DNA from: Octopus sinensis
Lineage: Eukaryota
Assembly: GCF_006345805.1 (NCBI RefSeq)
Contig: NC_042997.1
Coordinates: 63,426,001 to 63,490,000 of the forward strand
DNA length: 64,000 nucleotides
Direction of reading: 5' to 3'
Of the stretch, positions 53,091-64,000 are shown in pieces (the first letter of the stretch is position 1; each line of letters begins with the position of its first letter). Position numbers and translations under genes: made by a program. The notes beneath the pieces were generated by a model. It was not told where the DNA came from, ran no database searches, and saw nothing but the letters and a program-made list of their open reading frames with translations.

Positions 53091-54501
53091 TAATACAAGT
53101 AAAAAGAAGCAATGTTTTCTTTTATTTTTTGTGCGTATACTTCAGCGTATACGCGTATGAATATCTGTACATGTGCGTATATATGTGTGTGTGTGTGTCT
53201 GACTACATTACAATGGAATAAAGTAAAATAAAAGGTAATAAGTTTCACAGTATACAAAAATGGCTGAAGCGTAATATTTATGTCCTTAGACCTTTCGATC
53301 GTGTGTATACCACACCAGACTGAGGAAAATGCCTCTCTTTTGCAAGCAAAGGCAAATGGCAAGCAATCATCAGGATAGTCCCGGTTAATTGTTGTAGTCA
53401 CTCCTCTAGTGACAGTCACACGTCCCGTCAGGAATAGTCAAACTATTAGCATGTGCGTGCAGAATTGTTTTGCTCCCCTTGGAGAGATCCGGCTGACGAC
53501 ATTGTATTTCTTCTTTGTAGAGTTAGTCTTGAGTTGGCAATGTCCTCTCTGACTCTGTCCGTCTTGGAGATTTCTAGATGCTTCTGAGCCAACTCCGTCC
53601 TTAAAAGACAAGGCTGTTGAGTCTACTTGCTGCCAAGAAGTACTCCGAAAACGCCGATCCTTCTCCCAACTGCTAATTCTCTACGATACAGCAGACTCAA
53701 AGCTCCTAGCCTTGGTGTTCGATCAATTTAGAGCTAACAGAAACGACACTATGGCATATAAATTCAATTTGCATTAAAATTAATACTAACCGAACCAGTA
53801 ATAAAATGCTGAAGACATAATTAGCGTCATATATATAAAGAGTAATATTGTAGTTCATAAGGAAAATATCACCCAAAGATAGAATGGATACGTGTTGTCT
53901 CTTAGACGTGTGTAACGCAAAGTGGTGCCAAGGCACAAGCATGTTCTGTAGAGAGATATAGTTATATACTTGGAGAAACTCGTTTAAAACAGTCATGCGT
54001 TTAAAACGTCTTAAGCTACTAACGAAATGAATTATTGGATCCAGATAGATAAACGTACACACATAGGAACACACGTATATACGCGGGAAAATACACGTGC
54101 GCGCATACACACATACACAAATATATACTTTTGTATATATACTTTTGTGTGTATATGTGTGTATGTGTGTGTGTATGCGTGTGTGTATATGTGGATGTGT
54201 GTTTATATGTGTAAACATGTAAGGTAATGAAGATGAAGACCATACATCAGGTTTTAGATCAGAATTGAATACAGGAAAGTTTCGTTCAAATTCTAGACAT
54301 ATTGTATACAAGCAATCACCAGTTACCAGTCTTTACGAATGTTGTTCCTTCTACATTCTTAGGCTAGTTTCCTCCTGTTTCATGCATTAGGTGGCTTCTT
54401 TTTTAATTGTAAACAGCAATCCATAAATGTGTATACGTTATTGCATTAGTTAGTCGTTTATGAGACAGAATCAATATAACAATGAATCCAATATATATAT
54501 A

Positions 54502-54580
<79 letters not shown>

Positions 54581-54700
54581 TATACATATATATATATATA
54601 TACATATGTACATGTGTGTGTGTTTGTGTGTGTGCGTGTGTGTGTATGAGCATTTATATATGTATGTGTATATATATGTTTGAGTATTATACATGCATGC

Positions 54701-54773
<73 letters not shown>

Positions 54774-55020
54774 AAAAATGGTAAATAATTTTTCAGTGGT
54801 TTTTCATATAACCAACAATTATTTACCGGTAAATTTCGGTATGTAAATATGACAAATTCCACTCCGGCATCCGAAACTCAGAGATTTATCTATTGAATAA
54901 TTGTCACATATTAATTTACAGATAAACTTCCTCTATTTACATAATATTGAGGTCTCTTTCTTTCTTTTGTTATCTTACCGTTTTTACCAATATATATATA
55001 TATATATATATTTATACATA

Positions 55021-55440
55021 TATAATGATTTCTTAAGTAACGAGAAGATGGAGGTGGTATTGATCTTTATTTTGTACAACGGTAATTTCGACCCATCCTA
55101 CTGTTTTCTTAATTAACAATTATTTGTCTATATTTACATATTTACAGGTGTTTGCAACTCTTATTGAAGGAAGATAATAGTACTTGAAAATTGTAGCGAT
55201 GATTCATTCCCTAACCCGATGGGCATATAGTAACAGGACAACCAAAACTCAGGATCTTTAGCGAGACACAACTTTATGTATGGATGTACATGATGAAACC
55301 CAAACTTCAAAATTGATGCAATGCATGTTGAACGGAGTCCCACCCATAAGGGGAAGTAGCAGGATGGGTCGAAACGACCGTTTTACAAAATAGATATTAA
55401 TATCAAATCCATCCTCTCGTTACTCAAGAAATTGTTATTA
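55021..55440. mobile_element. MITE with ~90 bp TIRs
   Basis: 55021-55111 is the imperfect reverse complement of 55347-55440 (tttcttaagtaacgagaagatgga...tttcgacccatcct); TA at the ends; no ORF. Confidence 0.8.
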
Positions 55441-55590
55441 TCATCTCAAATAATACTGCGGAGTTCCTGAAGCAGATTCAACGCAAATATATCCCGACTG
55501 CAGACGAGGGCAGGTAGCCCAAGCTGCGACCGTTCTCTATTCAACACTTAAATACATTAATCGACATATACCCAGTAGTTCAATATATAT

Positions 55591-55643
<53 letters not shown>

Positions 55644-57527
55644 GTGTGTGTGTGTGTGTGTGTGTGTGCTTGTGTATGTTTGTGTGTGTGTGTGTGTGTG
55701 TGTGTGCTCTTGTGTGTGTAAGTTTGTGCATTTTCATGTATTCGATTCTTGAGCCTTTTACTTAGTTTACAGGTGAAATAATCTCACATGCAAGGTATCA
55801 TTTTATTCTTGAATCCTGAACTAAAAACGCATAATCGGCATACTTTGTTTAATTGTTCATCTTTTGTATTGTGCTCGTATTTGTGGGCATGTATTGTCTA
55901 CATCGGAGTCTCGTGCAATATAATTAGCCATCATTTTGAAAACACGTTATTACATGTTACATTTGCTGAGATGGCGCATTTGTTATTTAGCGAAATGCCA
56001 CTGTGCTAAAGTACATATTGTTTTTCTTTCTCCCTAGTCGATAAAATGATTATCGATAGTGCATTGAATTCCAGTTTATTGAATAAAGGTACAGAGCTCC
56101 ACTAGACCCCACTTATTATTCATTGGATTATTTGTAGAATCTCCAATAACCGGTTTGCTGTATCAAGCGTATTTCTGGGTTTACAAGCAAATAATATTGT
56201 GAATGTATTCAGCTTAGATTTTCTCGATAGTATTGAAATCTGTTTTCTATTTTTATACACTGGATTATTTTTATTGAACCATTAGACAATATCATAATGT
56301 TTTAACGCTCGTGTATACATAACGAAATTAAACATTTTTTTTTACACAAAAATATCATAGTTAATATAAACCTACTTAACTATACATCTCTCCCCTTAGC
56401 AAAGAGTGAATGTGTTTTGTTAAACCACTGTATATACTTAAGTCTCTAGTCGTTAGGTTGTAACAAGAAATACTCTAGACTTCCGACTTAATTGTATTTT
56501 AATGCTGAAATTAAGAAAACTTTGGTATACCGTAATCTTATATATGTTTAGATACAACATATATCGAATGGGGTATTGTTTGAAATATAATATAATTTTC
56601 CGGAAAATGACAGTTCAAGTAATTGGGTGGCTAAGTAAATGGGTATCGCCTGTTAAGATAACAGATAGCCTTTCTTACCCTTAAGCTTTGAATTTTGTTG
56701 ACATATTCATATAGAAACAAACAATTGTAAGGTTATAAGACGTCGTTCTTTTTTCATTTTACTATGTTGAAGTTCGTACTTTTGGACTGTTAGGATAACA
56801 GGGAATGTAACATATAATGTCATATGTAGTGTCTGCAATATGATGGCTGATTACGTTGCAAGACAATACTGCGAAGGCAATGATGCCCACAAAAAGTAAC
56901 ACGCTGCAAAAGACGATCAATTAAGTATAACGAGTGATATATTCGTTTTATATTCTAGAACTGAAGCAAAAACAGGTGATTTGCATACGAAAGTATTTCA
57001 ACTGTAAACTAAATAAGAATGAAAATATATAAAATTTCTAAAAAGCATGATGTAAATAACAGCGAGTAAATATTGGGTTAAAAACGCTTTGGATAGAAAA
57101 AGTCGACGTCTGCCCGTGGAATTCAAACCCACATCTGTAAATCTGACACATTTTATAAGTGACCGAATCGAACTATGGTTATATTGATATTTACTATTTA
57201 CCAGAAGGAAATGCTTTCACACAACAAGCTGTACTAAGTTTTCAGTTGGTAAGAAGAATTGGATGCAACATGCATCGAAAGCTATGGAATGAAATGATCA
57301 AAGATACCTACCTTACACAGTGTTTGTTAAATAAATTATTAAGGGGCTCTTATTATGAGAATTAACGGTGAGAATGTTGACAAATTTTACCAAATTTATC
57401 AAATTAAACGGCACTCGTTTACCTCTGTCTATTTCATGGTACAAACAGTATGTTCATCTTTACTTTTACACACACAAACACAAACATATTCATAAAAGTA
57501 TGTATATGTGTATGTACTATATGCGTG

Positions 57528-57631
<104 letters not shown>

Positions 57632-57726
57632 ATCTATCTATCAATCTATCTATCTATATATCTATCTATCTATATATCTATCTATCTATCTATATATACA
57701 TCTATCTATCACTCTCTCTCTCTCTC

Positions 57727-57770
<44 letters not shown>

Positions 57771-58349
57771 CGTCTAGTTGGGACTAGTAAATTATGTGAC
57801 TCTCCCAGGTAAAATTATATTTGATTGATTTTATTACAAATTTACGCTACTAATTACGAAGTGTAATACAGATTTATATCAAATTATCAAATGGCCAACG
57901 ACTGTGAATGCCTTACTGGAACTGTGGCCAGAGATATTATCGAGAGGATTTATCAACTTAAAATAATGATATCTCCATTACATTCTGTATAGGGAGAAAG
58001 CAGCATAAGCACTGTGATACTGACACATGTTTCGTGTATGTCAAATGATAATTAGTTTAGCTTATTCTGTAGGCTAAGCAACTTAAGTACACGCAAGAAA
58101 AGCATTGTTTTAGAGTGGATACGTAAATGAGTTAATACAATCATTCCGGAATTATGGTGGAACGGTAATGTATATTTTGGCGTTCTTACTGTAAACTCGA
58201 ATAAACATACTAACAGAAAGGCGAAGGTCATTGCTAGAATACTTTATACATGATTATGATTCTGTTGTAAGATACAATTTCACCTAAATTGAGGAAGAAT
58301 TTCACCGACGGATAAAACTCTGTACAATACACAAATGTATATATATGTA

Positions 58350-58405
<56 letters not shown>

Positions 58406-58746
58406 CACATATATATATATGTATATATGTATATATATTTATAAACATACATACATTTTATATATATCTACATATGCATATATAACACATACACACACAT
58501 GTATGTGTAACGTTGCTATTAGGTTAAACTGTCGTAAGTTCAAATTTGGCGAAATGCGTTTTTTTCAGTAACTATTTTTGCTTGCTCTTTTGGTCAAGTT
58601 ATTGATTCTCCAGCTGCTATGACATCAAATTATCAAAAATTGTCAAAATGTAATACAAGGGTTTTGCTACGGAATGGTGAAACTATTTTTTTCGTTTTCT
58701 GAGAAAGCAACGTTTTGAACTTACGACATTTTGCATAAAAGCAATG

Positions 58747-58782
<36 letters not shown>

Positions 58783-58879
58783 GGCTTTGCAAAAGCCCTG
58801 TTACACTCGGTTCTGGGTCTTTCAAGAAGTTTACGTGTCAAACATAACTTAAAGTTATGACACACATACTTAAAGTTCT

Positions 58880-59545
58880 ACTTTTCCACCATGTGCCATT
58901 AAAACAGCTTTTCCATTATGTGCAGGTGTATCGAATGGAAGTGAAAGGAAACGAGATCTGTACTATGTCGACAAGTCCGACATAGCCAAGCTGCTCAAAG
59001 TCAGCTGATTGACTGTCCACAGAGTGGCAGGGAGGCTCAAGGACAGGAAAGACCGCAAACATCGACGTCGATATAATAGACACTCAAGTTGTCAACCATT
59101 TGGCTGTGAGAAAGGCATTCAAAAGTGAGCCGAAGCTCAAAATAACTGCGCTCGCGAAGAACATCAGTATCTCGGTGACCACGGCATTCAAGACCGTCAA
59201 GGAGGAGAATGGCAAGAGCTTGAAGTGCGTGGATAGGCATCTGCTCACCGACCGTAAGCGCGACTAACGTCGGAAGCGCAGTCGTCGCCTTCTCAAAGAC
59301 TTGAAGTGTCATATTAATTGAATTCTTACTTTTTGTTATGAAAATAAACGTTCAGGTTCGTCAACTAACAAGACGACCGCGTGGTCAGCTTCGGCCATGA
59401 CTTCTCTGAGATCTTGTACGTGTGCATGATGAAACACTGGGCCTCCGTAATGAGTCTTGGCGTCGGACCTTCAAACGGCGAGAAAATGCCACTGGTGTGG
59501 TTCGCAGCTGCTTAGAGGCTCAGCAATGATGATTGATTTAAAAAA
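58880..59545 (+). pseudogene. Tc1/mariner transposase N-terminal relic (maT/DD37D-like)
   Basis: MEVKGNEI..SDIAKLLKVS*LTVHRVA.RLKD..RHLLT..RRLLKDLK..(FSDEK region)..DRVVSFG..KH.ASVM.LG..SNGEKMPLVWF. Confidence 0.8.
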
Positions 59546-61245
59546 AAAGACAAATGCATTGCGTTTGAGATGTATATCGCAAATATTGATTCGTTATTTT
59601 TCAATTTATGTGGAACCCTAATATCGAGCTTCTTAACTAGTCCAAAACATGTTAAATGATTTTCACTTGTTGTGTGTGATACATTTAACCTCTCTACAAT
59701 CTCTTGCTCAGACTCAATTATTGAATTGATTCGGTCATCATCAATTTCAGTAGTTCGACCAGAACGTTGATCATATTTTAATGAAAAATCTCCTGAACGG
59801 AATTTTTAAAAATCATTTCTGACATGTACGTTCTATTAAGCAATCAACACCATAAATTTCACTTATCTCTTTGTGATCTCAGCAGTATTCACAGCAGTAT
59901 TCTTGTGTTTACGGAAATAAAAAAGCAAAATATGACGAAAATGTTCGTTTTTGCACTCCATGTTGAAATTGACACTGAACTAACAGCTGTAAACAAAATT
60001 ATGCGGAATTTTCTTCTAAAATAATCTAAAAGTAACGGCTATCGAATGTGAAAACGAAAGAGTCATAACATTCACAAAAGTCATTCAAAAGAATCGTAAG
60101 TCTAACTATTTGCGAAAAACAGAATTACTTTCTTGCAAACCTTGATCGAGGATATTTGGTAGATCCTCGATCAAACCTTAATAAAGTCGCTAAAAATCAT
60201 GTAAGAATAATCACTCTAGTGACAGGATACCTGTGTGCAGCTATTTTTAGTAAATTGATAATATTTATGTTTTTGAGCGATTGGACGAAAATTTATGCTT
60301 TGGTTGGCCTACACTTTGTGTCTTTGCCTACATAACCTGTGTTTTTAAACGATGAAATGTTGAAATAACATGACAAGCAATCAAATTAAATTTTAATTAT
60401 ATTAGCATTAATGGAGTTTACAGGTAAGGAAATTTCTTCCTTTACTTATGTTAATGAATTGGGTTACAGAAATGAAGAATTTCTGTTGCATTTGGGCTAA
60501 AACACTTCAATGTCAAATATGCATTTTAATGCGTTGCTTGATGTTTAGATGTGTAAATAGAAAACATGTCACCTTGTAGGTGAGTATCGCCAATCCTTAA
60601 ATAAAAGAATGATCAATAATCCAGACAACACTACATGAACAATATCATTTGACATCTTTGTTTTTGATTTATATTACACGAAAACTTATCAAACATAGTT
60701 ACGTGATTGCCAATTGTTTGAAGTACGACATAAAAAAGACCATTTCGATCGCCATGATAAATATAAATTTTGCGATGAAATGTATGGTAGCGATCCTCAA
60801 CCGGAAAAATTGTATGATTGGCTAACGTGAAGCGTGAAATATTTTTGTTGTGATTTACATATTATCACTATTATTTTATTATTGATTTGACTAAGATTCG
60901 TTCTTATTTCAGGTAGAATTTATGTAGGTAGCGGGTTACTTTCTGTAACATTAGATATCAATAATCTTTTAAGTGCTTAAAACTCTCTTGATAATATTGC
61001 TTGTCCATAAAAAGCAAACTTTCTCCTGAAGCTCTTCTTGGCACTCAATTCCAATCTCCGCCAACCATTACTCTACAACTTTACATAAAGTTTCCAATCC
61101 ACCAATTATTGAGAGACAAATTTTACAGCTGTCATACTCCAAATTCTTGCAATTTCAAATTGTAAGGGATTATGATTTAAAAAATTCATTCTCTTCCTTT
61201 ATATTATCATCATCATCATCATCATCATCATTATTATTATTATTA

Positions 61246-61291
<46 letters not shown>

Positions 61292-61292
61292 A

Positions 61293-61320
61293 CTAGCAGA
61301 GATACCCGGCGTTGCTCGGG
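61293..61320 (-). mobile_element. Helitron 3' terminus
   Basis: Minus strand CCCGAGCAACGCCGGG hairpin, then TATCTCTG, then CTAG|T; same family as the 14562 end. Confidence 0.7.
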
Positions 61321-61374
61321 ATTAAAATAATATAGTTTGCATATGCATATACATATGGATATACATACATACAA

Positions 61375-61422
<48 letters not shown>

Positions 61423-61629
61423 TGCAGTTATGTTGAAACAGCTGATAAGGAAAAATGCAGCATTGACGACAAAACATTTTGGGAGTAAATGATGTTCTAA
61501 TTCGACGTATCATTTTTCCATCGACAGACTGTCGCTGATCACGAAAAATGGAAGATAGTCTATTTTAAACCCTTGAGCAAGATATAAATAGTAGCAATAC
61601 GGAATCGTAACATATGATTGCCAACTAAA

Positions 61630-61816
61630 TGTGGCGTCCTATGAAGAGACAGTGCTACTGATGTTTATAGACCCAGTAAGACATCTCTTCCAACTGGATA
61701 ACGGCACAAATTCTGCGTCCGATTTGTATTTGCGAGGAGAGGTTATCGAACTCGGAATCTTGGCGCTAGTAGCTCGCGCTCTTAACCAAGATTCCGATTT
61801 TGATTCCAGGCAGTGG

Positions 61817-61875
<59 letters not shown>

Positions 61876-62040
61876 TAATAATAATAATAATAACAATAAT
61901 AATAATAGCAATAACGTCGAAAAATACCTTTGGAATAAGAACTCAGTTTCGAAATTTCCCCAAGACACCTGCTGAAGGCTGGAGAGTACATCAGCCGAAA
62001 AGTTGTGTAACAACAAACAAGATGAGGACACATAGCTTTA
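61630..62040 (+). mobile_element. Composite: inverted tRNA-like segment, (AAT)n, degenerate minimal hammerhead
   Basis: Minus-strand ggttaagagcgcgagctactagcgccaagattccgagttcgat (61787-61745); (AAT)n 61821-61905; acac-CTGCTGA-a-GGCTG..CAGCC-GAAA-AG-TT-gtgt at 61965-62008. Confidence 0.6.
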
Positions 62041-62129
62041 CAACATTTGCAATAATTATTAACAAGTAATAGAACAGTAAATGTGTATTTTTATATATGC
62101 CTTAGACCTTGCCACCTCATTGTTTTTCT

Positions 62130-63180
62130 TTCCAAGAGTTAAACATCTAGCACCCACATACATACATTCAGGCATGTCAGCCACATATGTATATGTATGT
62201 GTAGATGCGTGTGTGTGTTTAATAACGTACGTAATGCGGAAACGCAAACACTCTCAGGAACATAAACTCATACACTCACAAACGGATATACATTCATATA
62301 CCAAGTGTGACGTCGTCGTCGTGGTATAAAATGTTTCTGAAATACACACACATACATATAATAACATAGCCACACAGAGGCATACATTCATGCATGTCAG
62401 TCGATACATATGTAAATATATATGGAGATGTCTGTATAGTTAATAACGTACCTAACGCAGAAAGACACGCACATTATGAGACATATACACACTCATACAC
62501 TTACACACATACACTCAAACACAGAAACTCAGTCATATACAAAATGTGATGCCGTTGCCGTCGTTGAATAAAATGTCCTATTGACAATATAAAGATTTTT
62601 CTCTGACATATATTGTTTTAATCGAAATGAAAATAAAATTCCGTATTGACACTGGCCAGTCCTCACATACATATAGTAAGATAGACACACACAGACATAC
62701 ATTGATGCATGTCAATCGTCAAGTATGTATATTTATGTGTAGATGAGATGTGTGTGATTAATAACGTACCGTTACATATGTATATGTATGTGTAGATGTG
62801 TGCATGTTTAATAACGTACCTAACACGGAAACACATAACCTAAGCGGCATATACTCACTCATACACTCACATACATACACTCCCAGACAGATAGACAGTC
62901 ATATACGAAATGTCATGTCGTTGTCATTATGGTATAAAATGACAATTGAAAGATTATCTCTATGAGGTGTTATGTTGTTTTACTCGAAATGAAAATATAA
63001 TTTCGTATTTACACTGAACAGCCCTTACATACATATAGTATGTTTAATAATGTACCTAAGGCGGAAAACACACAGGCTGTTAGACATATACACGTTCATA
63101 CACCTACACACATACAATCACTGACAGATATACAGTCACATACAAAATGTGACGTCGTCATCATCGTCGTGGTTAGAATT
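62130..63180 (+). repeat. Degenerate complex tandem repeat (about 4 units, 220-370 bp)
   Basis: Recurring anchors ttaataacgtac (62221, 62441, 62761, 62811, 63046), cagtcatatacaaaatgtga, gtcgtggtataaaatg, aatcgaaatgaaaata. Confidence 0.85.
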
Positions 63181-63323
63181 AAAATTAAACGTATAAAAGT
63201 GAAAATATATATCACATTACAATATAGATGTTATTCTTTCACTTTTGTCCTTTGACGTTTGACACGTAATACCGAGCCGGTTCCAGTGTTGCATTATTTT
63301 AAACCAAATGACATTATTGTTGC

Positions 63324-63391
<68 letters not shown>

Positions 63392-63398
63392 TTATTAT

Positions 63399-63453
<55 letters not shown>

Positions 63454-63475
63454 CATTATTATTATTATTATTATT

Positions 63476-64000
63476 CAGTAGTTTTATTTTTATTTTTATA
63501 GCGTGCTTTCACTTCACTACCGAGCGCAGCTCTGTGTGCCTTGGGTATGTGCTGTGATTTGTTGTGATGCTCTGATGGTTATTGTATGGAAAGTGTTCTG
63601 CGTAGGATGTGTGCAGTGCCTAGTAGTGCAATTTTCTGTATGTTATATGTGTTTGTAAGTCCTGGTGTTTTTGTTATGTATTTGTCTGAATATTTTTTTA
63701 TCATGCCTAATGCACCTACTATGATAGGAATTGTTTCTGTTTTCAGATTCCACATTCTAGTTACCTCTATTTCCAGGTCTTTGTATTTTGAGAGTTTCTC
63801 CATTTCTTTTAGAGCCACGTTGTCATCTGCCGGTACTGATACATCAATTAGAAAGCATTTCTTTTCTTCATGGTCTCTGACAACTATATCTGGTCTGTTG
63901 GCCTTAATTTCTCTATCTGTGTGTATCGGCATATCCCGTAGTATGGTTGCTTTCTCGTTTTCTGTGACCTTTTCTGGTGTGTGCCTATACCATCTTTTTT
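63476..64000 (-). mobile_element. R4/Dong family A 3' end, running off the window
   Basis: ORF 63579..63932 RPDIVV..LIDVSVP..EKLSKYKDL..LLGTAHILRR; near-identical to 43330-43833; (TTA)n tail at 63325-63475. Confidence 0.95.

Noticed and set aside
55772-56090. Micro-exon candidates (22 bp at ~55772; 51 bp at ~56038)
   Set aside because: The splice-like signals are phase-incompatible with each other and are expected by chance in AT-rich DNA.

Overview
AT-rich, repeat-saturated animal genomic DNA, intronic or intergenic. The SINE families and dense (TA)n/(AAT)n/(TATC)n microsatellites suggest an octopus/coleoid cephalopod; this is an inference from recalled repeat sequences, not a search. I found no intact host gene. 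Most ORF-track entries are microsatellite translations or pieces of transposons. Recognisable content: a 5'-truncated CR1-type LINE; two Tx1/L1-type LINE copies; two Penelope-like (PLE) loci with inverted arrangements; a pile-up of R4/Dong RLE-endonuclease retrotransposon 3' ends in (AAT)n tracts; one full-length but disabled IR/DR Tc1 (DD34E); several mariner/Tc1 relics; Helitron pieces; a MITE; and many tRNA-derived SINEs. The most striking unexplained feature is a ~600 bp non-coding element at 5315-5914, embedded in (TA)n. It has near-identical 126 bp terminal direct repeats (474 bp period) and a complete type I hammerhead ribozyme fold at 5729-5786. The predicted cleavage site maps about 9 nt before the repeat start, which is a retrozyme/circRNA-like architecture. 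Other degenerate hammerhead-type motifs occur at ~48.75 kb, ~61.97 kb and in the PLE arms. Identities quoted are by eye, and boundaries of old repeats are approximate.
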